64,000 nt of DNA from an uncultured virus (IMG/VR IMGVR_UViG_3300025398_000930) (IMGVR_UViG_3300025398_000930); one strand, 5' to 3'. Positions 1-12,000 are shown, numbered from the stretch's first letter. A program made the numbers and translations. Notes: generated by a model not told the origin, from the sequence alone.

Positions 1-2
1 AA

Positions 3-1670
3 CGTGCACGCAAGTCCATATTACATTTTTCTCGTTTTTTTTATATAGTTAACCTTGATGAAGGTAAGCAACCAATTAAACTTTATAACTATCAAAAGCG
101 TATTTTAAAAGCTTTAACTGACAATAGATTTAATGTTGTATTAGCATCAAGACAAGTCGGCAAAACTTCTTTGCTAACTATATTTGCTTTATGGATGATT
201 TGTTTTCAGGACGATTATAGAGTATTATTAATTGCTAATAAAGAAGCAACAGCTATTAATATTTTTAAGCGTATTCGGTTGGCGTATGAAATGTTACCGA
301 ACTTTTTGAAACCGGGTGTTATAAACTATGCTAAAACCGGTTTAGAGTTAGCTAATGGTAGTTCAATTGGTATTAGTACCACCACATCTGATGCTGCCAG
401 AGGTGAATCTATTAACTGTCTACTCATTGACGAAGCTGCATTTATTCCGCCTGAGTTTATGAACGACTTTTGGGAATCAGTATTCCCTGTAATTTCGTCT
501 TCGAAGAAGTCCAAAATTTTTATGTTATCGACCCCTAATGGTGTAGGCAACTTATTTTATAATATATATACAGAATCTTTGGATGGTAGTAATGGTTGGC
601 ACAATGAAAGAGTAGATTGGTGGGAGGTACCCGGTAGAGATGAAAAATGGAGAGATATGACTGCTAAGGCTCTTGGCTCTGTAGAAGCTTTTAACCAGGA
701 ATATGGTAATGAGTTTAGAGCTGCTGGTGAAAACGCTTTAGATAATGATTTAATGTTAGAGTTTGAAAAGACCGCACCGGACCCTATACTTGCAAGTGAA
801 GATGGTTGCTATAACATTTACGTAGAACGTAAACACAATCATTTCTATTCAATAGGGGTTGACGTTGGTGATGGTATAGGTAGAGCTAACTCTGCTATTC
901 AAGTACTGGATATAACGGATTTAACTAACATAGAACAAGTTGCTACGTACGCAAATAACAGACTTGATCCTTTTAATTTTGCTGGGAGATTGGTGGAAAT
1001 AGCTCACGAGTGGGGCAGACCACCTCTATTAGTAGAACGTAATAATTGCGGTGCTCAGGTTATAGATGCCTTAATACACACTCACCATTATGAAAGCTTA
1101 GTAAAGTACACACCAAGTATGGGTACATTTACAGATAAGGTAGATAGAGATAATAGAATGGGTGTATACTCTCACACCAATAGCAAGTTCAATGCTATGG
1201 CTAATTTAAGGTATTGGATGACTACTCTACGTTGTCTTAAACTTAACGATAAAGAAACCATTAATGAGTTTAAGACATATGTTAAACAAGCTAACGGGGT
1301 ATGGAAAAAACAATCCGACCGGTACTTGGATGATAGAGTAGAGTCTTTAATCTGGTCTTTATTTGCTTTAGATCCTAAAGTAATTGAACAGTTCTATGAA
1401 GTAATAGAAAGAGACGGTAATGGTAAACCTCTAAAGATACAACCATTAGATTGGGATCCTTATAGAGTAGAAGATACTGGCATACCAAGCCAACAAGATT
1501 TATACACCAGGTATGTAAAGAATAAACAACCTGAGTTGTCTGTACGTACACCCTCTATATTACCAGGTAAACAAGGTAATGGTAGTGAGATAGATGAGTT
1601 GTTTGAACAAGGGTGGAAGCCTGTAAACTTTAGTGCGGCTTCTGGTAGATTGCAAGGCGGAATGTTTTAA
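3..1670 (+). CDS. terL: Terminase large subunit (T4 gp17-like), 5' end outside window
   Basis: Frame is open upstream of 171 to the window edge and contains Walker A SRQVGKT; Walker B LLIDEAAF, STPNG motif, F-x-QEYGNEF, nuclease motif IGVDVGDG and late DD (YLDDRV). Confidence 0.95.
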   Translation, partial: RARKSILHFSRFFYIVNLDEGKQPIKLYNYQKRILKALTDNRFNVVLASRQVGKTSLLTIFALWMICFQDDYRVLLIANKEATAINIFKRIRLAYEMLPNFLKPGVINYAKTGLELANGSSIGISTTTSDAARGESINCLLIDEAAFIPPEFMNDFWESVFPVISSSKKSKIFMLSTPNGVGNLFYNIYTESLDGSNGWHNERVDWWEVPGRDEKWRDMTAKALGSVEAFNQEYGNEFRAAGENALDNDLMLEFEKTAPDPILASEDGCYNIYVERKHNHFYSIGVDVGDGIGRANSAIQVLDITDLTNIEQVATYANNRLDPFNFAGRLVEIAHEWGRPPLLVERNNCGAQVIDALIHTHHYESLVKYTPSMGTFTDKVDRDNRMGVYSHTNSKFNAMANLRYWMTTLRCLKLNDKETINEFKTYVKQANGVWKKQSDRYLDDRVESLIWSLFALDPKVIEQFYEVIERDGNGKPLKIQPLDWDPYRVEDTGIPSQQDLYTRYVKNKQPELSVRTPSILPGKQGNGSEIDELFEQGWKPVNFSAASGRLQGGMF

Positions 1671-1675
1671 ACAAT

Positions 1676-1701
1676 AAAAAAGCCCTCATTGCTGAGGGCT
1701 T
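1676..1701 (-). terminator. Intrinsic terminator between convergent genes
   Basis: AAGCCCTCA-TTGC-TGAGGGCTT hairpin with an A-run on its left, giving a U-tract on the minus strand. Confidence 0.75.
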
Positions 1702-1729
1702 GTAAACTATTTGTTTGTTTTACTATGTC

Positions 1730-2779
1730 TTAGCTATCAAACAAGGACTTTTCACCAGAAGCTTTGCTTGCACCTTTTGTGCCATCTACTTCAAATTTCT
1801 TGATGTTCTGAAGCTTCTTAATGTCGCCGTTAAATGGCTTTGGTGTTGGTTCGCTTTCGACTTTACCGTCATCAGCTTTACCAGCATTGACTTTAAGCTT
1901 TGGGCTATCAGTAATTGGCTTGTTTACTGGATCAGGGTTACCTTTCTTTAAGGCACCATTTGGTTTTGTTAAAACATGACCGAGGTCTTCTGCTTCAACA
2001 TCTTCAGCGATTGGTGACTCTTCAGCGTGACCAGCGATTTCTTGATCTTCTGCACCAAGGTCGCCATGTTCAGCATCAACTTCTTTGTCTTTCTTTAAGA
2101 AAGCAAGAATCTTTTCGAGCATTTCAATTGCTTCTTCATGAGTAGGAAGCTCTTCATGTTGCTCTTCGCCGCCCATTTCTTCGCCATCAGCAGCTGCATC
2201 AGTAGCAGCAGAAACACCTGCTTCTTCTTCGTCATGCATACCGTGCATTTCTTCATTTTCATTGAAAGGAACACCTTTAAGTGCTGCCTCGTATAAGTTA
2301 TCGAATTTTGATTTTGACATAGTAAACTTTGGTTTGTAGTTATATTTATTATTCTCAACTACGGATTCCTGAACTTTTTCTTCAGGAGTTGTTGTTTTTG
2401 CTGTTTCTTTTTCTGTATCGGAGTCATCAGATTCATCTTCTTTGCCTTCTTCTTCTTTCTCCATTACCTTAGGATCAGAACCTGGATCTTCAACTTTATC
2501 TACAGGTTTAAAGCCGCTTTTCTTAGGCACTAAACCAGCTGGGCCAGAATTCTTTAGTACTGAATTGACTTCAACACCATCTACTTTTTTGACAGCTTCC
2601 TTTGTACCGCCACCTAATGGGCTACCTGCTTTAACCATATCTTCTGTTAAATACACACTTGTATCAGTGTGAGTAACAGCACCAGTAGTGTTTTCATTAA
2701 CTGCTGATGGAATTTCGTGATTCGCAGCAGCAATACCACTGTAGAGCCCGCCGAGGTCGGATAAGGATTTGATCTTCAT
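1730..2779 (-). CDS. Acidic low-complexity protein, possible prohead core/internal head protein
   Basis: 349 aa, very E/D/K-rich, many x-x-E sites (LTE, LYE, IAE); TAAATA late-type motif upstream; lies next to terminase and neck genes. Confidence 0.45.
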   Translation of the reverse strand: MKIKSLSDLGGLYSGIAAANHEIPSAVNENTTGAVTHTDTSVYLTEDMVKAGSPLGGGTKEAVKKVDGVEVNSVLKNSGPAGLVPKKSGFKPVDKVEDPGSDPKVMEKEEEGKEDESDDSDTEKETAKTTTPEEKVQESVVENNKYNYKPKFTMSKSKFDNLYEAALKGVPFNENEEMHGMHDEEEAGVSAATDAAADGEEMGGEEQHEELPTHEEAIEMLEKILAFLKKDKEVDAEHGDLGAEDQEIAGHAEESPIAEDVEAEDLGHVLTKPNGALKKGNPDPVNKPITDSPKLKVNAGKADDGKVESEPTPKPFNGDIKKLQNIKKFEVDGTKGASKASGEKSLFDS

Positions 2780-2837
2780 TTACAATATTATTTAGTATAT
2801 CTGTCTACAAATCTATATAATTTAGTAAATAATTTTG

Positions 2838-3902
2838 ATGGCCACGTCTTATATCTCTCAGTATTGTATTGATACAGGTACTTATACACCACCAGCAGTC
2901 GACTACGTTGGTTACCAATTAAGTGGTGGTTACAACTGTACGTACGGTACAAGTGGTGTTAGATATCTTAATGTAACGGATAATGCAAATCAAATATCTC
3001 TTTTTAATAGTTGGTGGCAAGAACAAATAAGTCAATTTGGACAACAAATTAACTATTATATAAATGGTTATAATTTATCCGCACATGATTATCTTTATGG
3101 CGAACAATCATTAGTTAAATATGCACCACCTATTCCGATGGTGATGGCAATAACGTTAAGTAATGATAATGTTATATTAAGCAAATTTGGTTTACAAGGA
3201 GAAGCAGATTTAACAGCATTTATTGCTATAACTACTTTTACTTCAACGGTTACCGCAATTAGTGGTTCATTATCGGCTTCAAACTATGAACCTAAAGCTG
3301 GTGATCTCATAGAGTTAGCAGAGTACGGTTCAACACGTCCAGGTGGTAGAAGTGGGCAAGTATATGAAATAACAGAACGTCTTGATCAATCCGGTGGAGA
3401 TGAAGCTAATCAAATTTTAGGCCATTATATATGGACTATAAGAGCTAAACGTTATGAATGGAACTACGAGTTACAAGCTCCACGTGAAAAGCTTATGGAT
3501 CAAGTATATGACAACAAGTTTGAAGGTACAGCTAATAACTTACCTAAAGTACTTGAAACAAAAGAATACACACAATTTGTTGATAAAGACTCGGTAAACG
3601 TATTTGACTACGCTCAGTACCCACAATCTAATACAAGTGTATATGGTGATTATGAAGACACTAACACTCTTGTTAACTTAATTGGTGTAGAAAATAGAGC
3701 GGGTCGTACCACTGGTGCTCTTGCTGCTTCAGCCAATGTGTATGTTGTAATCCCAAGTCCAAGCAACTTCCAACAATCTACAACAGCGTCGGTTGCAGTA
3801 GCAAATGCAAATCAATCACAACTCGAACTTCTTACATCTTTACTTTCCAGTAATCCAGCTTTAAGTTCATTATTGATATTACCCCCTCAGGCTGCTAATT
3901 AA
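2838..3902 (+). CDS. Neck/head-completion protein (T4 gp14-like)
   Basis: Motifs DYLYGE, SKFGLQ, PKAGDLI, YEIT and QILGHYIW..YEW typical of gp14. Confidence 0.75.
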   Translation: MATSYISQYCIDTGTYTPPAVDYVGYQLSGGYNCTYGTSGVRYLNVTDNANQISLFNSWWQEQISQFGQQINYYINGYNLSAHDYLYGEQSLVKYAPPIPMVMAITLSNDNVILSKFGLQGEADLTAFIAITTFTSTVTAISGSLSASNYEPKAGDLIELAEYGSTRPGGRSGQVYEITERLDQSGGDEANQILGHYIWTIRAKRYEWNYELQAPREKLMDQVYDNKFEGTANNLPKVLETKEYTQFVDKDSVNVFDYAQYPQSNTSVYGDYEDTNTLVNLIGVENRAGRTTGALAASANVYVVIPSPSNFQQSTTASVAVANANQSQLELLTSLLSSNPALSSLLILPPQAAN

Positions 3903-3933
3903 TACGGAAACGTTTATAAGTAATTAAAGCCTA

Positions 3934-5967
3934 ATGTCCGCCGATAACCCACAATATATATATCCACACGAGTTACCACAAATAACTCCTACGGATACTG
4001 ATCTAATATTTTTAGAGCAGAATAATGGAGACGGTACTTATACTTCTTATAGTACCACGCTATCTGCTCTTTCTGCTGCAGGTTATACCGGTAGAGACGG
4101 TCAGTCAGGTTATTCCGGTTACTCAGGTTATTCTGGTGCAACTGGTGGTGCGGCTGCTTCTGGTTATTCGGGCTATTCCGGACAAAATGGTGTAATCGGT
4201 CACGATGGTGCTTCTGGTTATAGTGGTATTTCTGGTTACAGTGGTTACTCCGGTTCAGGTGTATCTGGTTATTCAGGCTTTAGTGGTATTTCAGGCTACA
4301 GTGGTTATAGTGGCATTTCAGGGTTTAGTGGTATTAGCGGTTTTTCTGGTATAAGCGGTTATTCCGGTTACTCAGGTATTTCTGGTTATAGCGGCATAAG
4401 CGGTTATTCAGGTATAAGCGGTTACTCAGGCTACTCTGGTAAGAGTGGTTATAGTGGTATTTCTGGCTACTCTGGTATTAGCGGTTTTTCTGGTAAAGAC
4501 GGTACTTCAGTTACTATTATTGGTACAGTACCTACCGTGGGTGGTAACCCACAAGCTACTTTAAATGCTGCATTCCCAAGTGCAGTAAACGGTAACGGCG
4601 TCATTGATGAAACGTCTGGTGATTTGTGGGTATACGCTAACGGTACTTGGTCTAATGTTGGTCAAGTAAAAGGTGATACCGGTGCTTCTGGTTACTCCGG
4701 TATTAGTGGTTATAGTGGCTACTCTGGTTACTCAGGTATTAGTGGCTACTCTGGTATTTCCGGTTATAGTGGTTCAGGTGTATCAGGCTATAGTGGTTAT
4801 TCTGGTGCTCAATACACATTCTCAAGTAATATTGTAGTTAATATTTCTGCTGGTTATTTCGGTCAATACGCAAACGGTAGTACAATACCAGCTGCTGGTT
4901 TAACACCTGCTCAAGTTATATTGTTAGCTTGTCAACAACAAATACCACCTTCTGCAAATATAAATTCTTCAAGTACTATTGCGTTTAATCAAACCTCAAT
5001 TAGTAATATAATAACTTTCGGTTACTCACTCAGTAGTTTAGGTGCAACTGCACTATCTGGTAACTTATACTGGAGACGTAACAGTTCTGGTAATTACAAT
5101 TTATTGTTAAGTGGTACACCAGCAATTTCTGCAACAAGTTTAAGCTACACTCATACATATACTGATACAAATTATAATACACAAAACTTTCAATACGAAT
5201 ACACTTTTGTAGATTCAAATAATCAAATTGCTACCCCGGTTACAAAGACAATTACACCTACAGCATATGTAAGTCCTTCAGTTTCGCTTTCAATAGCAGC
5301 AGCAAGTGGTACGACTTCTCCTGAAACAGCATACACAAGAGAAATAGGCAATACTGCTTCTACTATTACCGGTACAATTACAAATAATAACAATAGCACA
5401 TATGTTCCATTAAGCGCATACGTATTACAAGTTTCAGTAAACGGTGGAGCATATACAAGTTTAACTTCTGCAATTTCCGTTGGCCCGGGCACTTCATCGA
5501 TTACATCGTTTACCCATAACAACCCAACTTTAAGCGCTGCAACTTCTATTGCATACCGTTTATTGGTATACGATTCATATCAAAATTATATTTCAAGTTA
5601 TTATACAAGTGGTGCTACAACAGTTTCATTCTATCCATTAGCATGGTACGGTCCTATATCATCACTTCCAACTACCACTGCAGCTATTAGATCATTACCT
5701 AATAGGTATTTTATTAGTGGCTTATCAAACCCGTTTAACTTAGTAACAGGTACTACATATAATAACTTTACTGTAGCGTTACCATCTCACACCATTACAC
5801 AAGTGCTTGATACAGGCAACTTAAATGCTAATATTACTGCAAATTACGTGTTGTCGGCTTGGAACGTAAACAGCTACAATTTAGTACCTACATCATATAA
5901 TGTATATACATTAACTAATGCAGTACCTTATAACCCTTCAACAACTCACCAAGTAACTTGGGTATAA
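3934..5967 (+). CDS. Fibre/structural protein with (G-X-S)n repeats
   Basis: GYSGYSGISG triplet tracts, a GDLWVY..WSNVGQVKG module and a T/S/N-rich beta-rich C-terminus. Confidence 0.7.
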   Translation: MSADNPQYIYPHELPQITPTDTDLIFLEQNNGDGTYTSYSTTLSALSAAGYTGRDGQSGYSGYSGYSGATGGAAASGYSGYSGQNGVIGHDGASGYSGISGYSGYSGSGVSGYSGFSGISGYSGYSGISGFSGISGFSGISGYSGYSGISGYSGISGYSGISGYSGYSGKSGYSGISGYSGISGFSGKDGTSVTIIGTVPTVGGNPQATLNAAFPSAVNGNGVIDETSGDLWVYANGTWSNVGQVKGDTGASGYSGISGYSGYSGYSGISGYSGISGYSGSGVSGYSGYSGAQYTFSSNIVVNISAGYFGQYANGSTIPAAGLTPAQVILLACQQQIPPSANINSSSTIAFNQTSISNIITFGYSLSSLGATALSGNLYWRRNSSGNYNLLLSGTPAISATSLSYTHTYTDTNYNTQNFQYEYTFVDSNNQIATPVTKTITPTAYVSPSVSLSIAAASGTTSPETAYTREIGNTASTITGTITNNNNSTYVPLSAYVLQVSVNGGAYTSLTSAISVGPGTSSITSFTHNNPTLSAATSIAYRLLVYDSYQNYISSYYTSGATTVSFYPLAWYGPISSLPTTTAAIRSLPNRYFISGLSNPFNLVTGTTYNNFTVALPSHTITQVLDTGNLNANITANYVLSAWNVNSYNLVPTSYNVYTLTNAVPYNPSTTHQVTWV

Positions 5968-5979
5968 TAATTATTTAAA

Positions 5980-8247
5980 ATGTCACTCACTACAGGCTTA
6001 CAACTACCATATGGTATACAACCCGTTAACCCGGTACCGGTTGATGCATGGTCAGGTCCATATGCAGGAGCTACTGCAACAGCAGCACTTTCGGCCGCCA
6101 ATGCTTCAATACCATCAGGTGTTAGGTTTCAGTCAATGCAGGTACGTCTTATTATTAATAGCGTACCTTATATATACTGGTATCAAAATGGTGTATTAGA
6201 CTCGAACCTGGTTTTATTTGCTGGCAGTCCAACTTCATTAGTAAACGGCTCATATAGTTTTCAATTAAGTGCAACCGCTTTGTCTGGCGGTGCTATGATA
6301 TTCCCAGATGGTACCGTACAGTATACAGCTTCATCCGGTATAAGTGGTGCATCTGGTTATTCTGGTATTTCCGGTTTCAGTGGTATATCTGGCTATAGCG
6401 GTTATTCGGGTTACTCTGGTATCTCTGGTTACTCGGGCTATTCTGGTATCTCCGGCTACTCAGGTTACTCTGGTATCTCTGGTTACTCAGGTTATTCTGG
6501 CATTAGCGGTTATTCAGGTATTTCTGGTTACTCAGGTATAAGTGGCTATAGCGGTATATCTGGTTATAGTGGGAGTGGTGTATCTGGTTACTCTGGTTTC
6601 TCTGGTACAAACGCACCGTTAATACAAACAATAACGTATAGCAACTCTTTTACATCTGGTCAAGCAATTTATAAAACATCTGGTGGTTACGCTTTAGCAC
6701 AAGCCAATACAGTTACAACTTCAGAAATAATTGGTGTGGTACAAGCCTCCAATGGTAATTCGTTTACTTTAGTTATAAACGGTTTCATTTCTGGTTTATC
6801 GGCTTTAAGTTTAACTGATTCAGCTTGTTATTATCTTTCAGATACAACACCAGGCTTGTTAACAACAACAGCTCCAATTACCAGTGGTAGTGTAATTAAA
6901 CCAGTATTAATTGCTACAGGTACAAGTACAGGTATAGTTGTTGAGTACCCTGGAGTACAGATCGGCAGCACTAACAACGGCTATAGCGGTTACTTAGCAT
7001 TATGGACCGGACAACACACTTTAGGTAATAGTAGCGCGCTACAAGACAACGGCGCTGGTACAATAACAATGCCGGGCATTTTAAATATTACTGGCACACT
7101 ACAATTTAATGGCGTACCATATACCGGTACAAGCGGTTATTCTGGTATGTCTGGTTGGTCCGGGTTTAGTGGTCAATCAGGTTATTCTGGTTGGTCAGGT
7201 ATAAGCGGCTACTCGGGTTATAGCGGTTATAGTGGTATTTCCGGTTATAGTAGTTACTCTGGTTATTCCGGTATTAGTGGTTACTCTGGTTATAGCGGTT
7301 ATTCTGGTATAAGTGGTTATTCCGGTATTAGCGGTTATTCAGGTGTTTCAGGTTATTCAGGTCCAGGTGTAGCTGCAAGTCTAATGCGTGCTTCTTTAAG
7401 TGCTGCCCAGACAACAAACTTAACAGCTAATAGTAAAATAGCTTTTAACCAAGTTGATGCTTTAGTATATACCGACATATTGCTCAACACTTCAACTGGT
7501 GTAATTACTTTATCTGGCAATAGAACATACAGACTGATAGGATCAGTTCCTACATGGAATGGCAGCACCGCACGCCCTTCATTTGGGTGGTACAACGAGT
7601 CTACTTCTTCTTATGTGGGTAGTCTACAAGCAAGCTACAACACTCAAGATGGTGCAGGTAATTCTGCAACAGGTAGTGTAGCAGAGTATATTTTTACCCC
7701 ATTAACTACCACAAACGTTTCGTTCCGTATTGCAAGCTTAACTACCGGCACGTTAACTCAAATAGGTGGTAATTCAGATTTTGCTACAGCAGGTTCTTAT
7801 CCGTGGTGTGAGGTACAAGTGCTTGCAGGGAATGCTGGTACATTAACAAGTCAAATAACTAACAGCACTTATTCTCTTTCAGTAAGCTCTAATGGGGTTA
7901 TAATATTCCCTGATGGTACTGCTCAAACAACTGCATACACAGGTTCGATTCCACAAAATGCGCAGTCATCAAACTACACCATACAAACAAGCGATAACGG
8001 TAAACATATTTCCATAACAACCGGGGGCATTAATATTGTTAGTAACATATTTAATGTAGGTAATACTGTATCGATATTTAACAATTCGAATTCAACTCAA
8101 ACTTTATCTTCTGGTCCAGGAGTGACAATGTATCTTGGCGGGGTTGGTACAACCGGTAACCGCACACTTGCTGGTTACGGGTTAGCAACAGTACTTTGCG
8201 TTTCCGGTACAAATACATTTGTTGCTGTAGGTACCGGGTTAACATAA
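5980..8247 (+). CDS. Tail fibre protein with (G-X-S)n repeats
   Basis: Two G-X-S tracts, IFPDGT(V/A)Q modules, C-terminal YTIQTSDNGK..TLAGYGLAT module common in phage fibres. Confidence 0.75.
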   Translation: MSLTTGLQLPYGIQPVNPVPVDAWSGPYAGATATAALSAANASIPSGVRFQSMQVRLIINSVPYIYWYQNGVLDSNLVLFAGSPTSLVNGSYSFQLSATALSGGAMIFPDGTVQYTASSGISGASGYSGISGFSGISGYSGYSGYSGISGYSGYSGISGYSGYSGISGYSGYSGISGYSGISGYSGISGYSGISGYSGSGVSGYSGFSGTNAPLIQTITYSNSFTSGQAIYKTSGGYALAQANTVTTSEIIGVVQASNGNSFTLVINGFISGLSALSLTDSACYYLSDTTPGLLTTTAPITSGSVIKPVLIATGTSTGIVVEYPGVQIGSTNNGYSGYLALWTGQHTLGNSSALQDNGAGTITMPGILNITGTLQFNGVPYTGTSGYSGMSGWSGFSGQSGYSGWSGISGYSGYSGYSGISGYSSYSGYSGISGYSGYSGYSGISGYSGISGYSGVSGYSGPGVAASLMRASLSAAQTTNLTANSKIAFNQVDALVYTDILLNTSTGVITLSGNRTYRLIGSVPTWNGSTARPSFGWYNESTSSYVGSLQASYNTQDGAGNSATGSVAEYIFTPLTTTNVSFRIASLTTGTLTQIGGNSDFATAGSYPWCEVQVLAGNAGTLTSQITNSTYSLSVSSNGVIIFPDGTAQTTAYTGSIPQNAQSSNYTIQTSDNGKHISITTGGINIVSNIFNVGNTVSIFNNSNSTQTLSSGPGVTMYLGGVGTTGNRTLAGYGLATVLCVSGTNTFVAVGTGLT

Positions 8248-8248
8248 T

Positions 8249-8923
8249 ATGAGTATAGTACAAGCGTTTTTTGGTACAAGCGGTGGAATAATAACATCAA
8301 ATTTAGTTTTAAATCTTGATGCAGCTAATTACCCAGGTTCTGGTACAACTTGGACAGATATAAGTTCATCAGCTATGGTCGGTACTCTATCTAATGTTAC
8401 ATATAGTTCAAGTAACGGGGGGTATTTCAATTTTAATGGTACAAGTTCAAAAGTAGGTTCATTCACTAATACCGGTAATATACCTATAGGTAATTCTCAA
8501 TATACTATTGAAGTGTGGATTAATCAAACAAATGTTACTCAGGTAGGTGGTTGGATCGGTTGGGGTAACTTTGGTACTAATTATCAAGTAAATGCTTTTA
8601 GAAATAATTTGCAGGCTGTAGATCATTACTGGTGGGCTAATGATCTTGTCACTGGTAATTATTTATCGGCTAACACCTGGTATCAAATGGTAGCTACATA
8701 TGACGGTACAACTCGGTCTATATATCAAAACGGAACGCGTATAGGTTATGATACACCAACGGCAAATCATAATGCAGTGATGTCTAACTTTAATGTGGGG
8801 GTCACTAATAGTAGTGAATGGTATAACGGTAAACTATCTATAGTACGTGTTTATAATACGGGATTTACTTCTACTCAAGTAACTCAAAACTTTAATAGTA
8901 TAAAATCGAGATACGGCTTATAA
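8249..8923 (+). CDS. LamG/concanavalin A-like lectin domain structural protein
   Basis: LVLNLDAANYPGSGTTWTD, FNFNG, YTIEVW, WYQMVATYDG, VRVYN and terminal RYGL pattern. Confidence 0.8.
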   Translation: MSIVQAFFGTSGGIITSNLVLNLDAANYPGSGTTWTDISSSAMVGTLSNVTYSSSNGGYFNFNGTSSKVGSFTNTGNIPIGNSQYTIEVWINQTNVTQVGGWIGWGNFGTNYQVNAFRNNLQAVDHYWWANDLVTGNYLSANTWYQMVATYDGTTRSIYQNGTRIGYDTPTANHNAVMSNFNVGVTNSSEWYNGKLSIVRVYNTGFTSTQVTQNFNSIKSRYGL

Positions 8924-9025
8924 ACCCTGTTGGATTTATTTATTATAGTAAGTTGTTGGTGCTCCTGTACAAATGTTAAATAAATGAGCACTATTTACAT
9001 AAATAAATTATAACCACTAAATTTT

Positions 9026-12000
9026 ATGGCATTTTATAACGTATACAATCCAATCGGCGTTTCAGGTTATTCCGGTACCTCAGGTACTTCAGGTTATTCT
9101 GGTATCAGCGGCTACTCAGGCATTTCTGGCTACTCCGGCGTGTCAGGTTACTCAGGCATTTCTGGCTATAGCGGCTGGTCTGGTATTTCAGGCTACAGCG
9201 GTTATTCTGGCCAATCTGGTTTTTCTGGCTACTCTGGTATAAGCGGTTGGTCAGGTTATAGTGGTATTTCTGGCTACTCAGGCATTTCTGGTTATAGTGG
9301 TATTAGTGGTTATTCAGGTATTTCCGGCTATAGTGGTTACTCTGGTATCAGTGGTTATTCCGGTATTTCAGGTTATTCTGGTTGGTCAGGTATAAGTGGT
9401 TATTCTGGCTGGTCCGGTATTTCTGGTTACTCTGGTTATAGTGGTTATAGCGGCATATCTGGTTATTCAGGTATTTCAGGTTATAGTGGCTATTCTGGCT
9501 ACTCAGGCATTTCCGGTTACTCCGGTATCTCAGGCTATAGTGGTATTAGCGGTTACAGTGGTTGGTCAGGTATAAGTGGTTATTCCGGCTATTCCGGTCA
9601 ATCTGGTTACTCAGGTTGGTCAGGCATTTCCGGTTATTCTGGTTGGTCTGGTATTTCAGGCTTTAGCGGTATTTCCGGCTACTCCGGCATTTCTGGTTAC
9701 TCAGGTTACAGCGGCTATAGCGGCATTTCTGGCTACAGTGGCTATAGTGGTATATCTGGCTACTCCGGTATTTCTGGTTGGTCTGGTATAACAGGTGCAT
9801 CTATATATGGTAGAACATACTACTTCAACGAAACAAGTAGTGATCAATCACCTTATGAAGCCCTTACATTAATACCTGGTGGTGGTACTCAAAACGATGA
9901 CGTTGTTGTAGTTTCAACCGGTAACAGCTCGCTTGCAAGCCCTGTACTGATTGACGGTTATTTAACACCAGTTGGTGAGCCTGGTTTATTAGAAATACCA
10001 GCTGGTTTATGGGATATTGAGTTCTATCGTAAAGTAGATTCAAATTCAGCTAACTTTGTTTTCCAAGTTTATACTTGGGTCAATGCAACAAGCAGCACGG
10101 GTGTGCTAATTTTAAGTGCCGATTCTGGCGCTGTTACAGATACAACTGCAACATACCAAAAGATTGGTTACGTTACTACTAACCTTACTATATTAAGTGC
10201 TGCAGATCGAATTTTAACAAAGGTTTATGCATATTCGACGAATTCATCGTCGGTATCTGCTACATTCATTTACAACGGTTCTACAAATTATTCAGTATTA
10301 CGTTCACCAATCGGCCAAGGCGTAAGTGGTGCATCTGGTTACTCTGGTTATTCTGGCTTTGGTTTATCAGGTTATTCTGGTATTTCAGGCTACAGCGGTA
10401 TTTCAGGTTACTCTGGCTACTCTGGTTATAGTGGTATTTCTGGTTATAGTGGCTACTCTGGTCAATCAGGCTTCTCTGGTTATTCCGGTATTAGTGGTTG
10501 GTCAGGTTATAGCGGTATTAGTGGTTACTCTGGTATAAGCGGCTATTCTGGTATTTCTGGCTATAGTGGTTATTCCGGTATTAGCGGTTACTCTGGTATT
10601 AGCGGTTACAGTGGCTGGTCTGGTATTTCAGGTTACTCTGGTTATAGTGGTTATAGCGGCATATCTGGTTATAGTGGTTACTCAGGCATTTCTGGTTACT
10701 CCGGTATTTCGGGCTATAGTGGCATTAGCGGCTACTCTGGCTACTCTGGATACAGTGGTATTTCAGGTTATAGTGGCTGGTCTGGTATTTCAGGTTATTC
10801 TGGTATTAGCGGCTATAGCGGTATATCTGGTTATAGCGGCTACAGTGGTCAATCAGGCTTTAGCGGTATTAGTGGTTGGTCAGGTTATTCCGGTTCATCT
10901 GGTATATCTGGTTACTCTGGTATCAGTGGTTACAGCGGCTGGTCTGGTATTTCAGGCTACTCTGGCTGGTCTGGTTATAGCGGTATTTCAGGTTATTCTG
11001 GTACGCCTGCTACACTACAAGGTACAATAACATATAGCAACAGCTTTAGCGCAGGTCAAGTAATATACAAGACTAACGGTGGTTATGCATTAGCCCAAGC
11101 TAACAGCACATCAACTGTTGATGCAATTGGTATTATTCAGTCTGCTACATCTTCACAATTTACAGTTATATATAACGGTTACATTAGCGGTCTTACAGGC
11201 TTAACTGATGGCGCTGGTTACTATCTATCTGATACAGTTGCTGGTTTATTAACTACTACAGCCCCTACAGCAAGCGGTTCAATTATCAAACCAATGCTTA
11301 TTGCAATTGGTTCAACTGCCGGTTTAGTAGTAGAGTACCCTGGCACTCAAATCGGTTCAACAAATAACGGTACAAGCGGTTATTTGGCATACTGGACAGG
11401 ACCACAAACACTTGGTAATAGTTTAATCACTCAAACCAGTACAGGCATTATAGTAGCAGGTAGCTTAAGTGCTACATCAATTAGTGCTACTAACTTATAT
11501 GCATTAAATGAGTATTCAGTATCTGCAGTTAACCTTTCAGCTACTTCACTCGTATTACCATATAACTCCGATACAATAACAAATAGAGGTATATTAACTG
11601 TTGGAACTTATACTTCAGCACAATCAGGTCAATTAGCTACATTTGCTGGAGCAGATACAACTTGGTCTAACGTTACACTACAAAACACAAATAGCGGTAA
11701 TACTTCTTACGCAGCATATATTGTAGCAAATAACGGGTACAATAGTTACCTCGAAATGGGCGTAAACAGTACAAATTATAGTTATAGTGCAGCAAGTTAC
11801 CCAAATAATAGCTTATCTCTTGCTAATGCAAACTGGATCGAATCAACCGGTGGTGATTTAGCAATTGCAACGTGGGGTAGTAATCCAATTCACTTCGTTG
11901 TAAACGGTGGTACAGCTACAAACGATTCATTAACAATTGGTGCTAACGGTTACGTTGGTGTTAATACTCAAACACCTAATGCTTATCTAACTGTTAACGG

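Noticed and set aside
4081..11002. Periodic repeats as a CRISPR array or DNA satellite
   Set aside because: The period is 9 bp, degenerate at synonymous positions and in frame within long ORFs; there are no unique spacers or cas genes.
9576..11030. Val/Leu/Ala-rich ORFs that look like membrane proteins (also 6344..6541)
   Set aside because: They are alternative-frame shadows of the G-X-S repeats.
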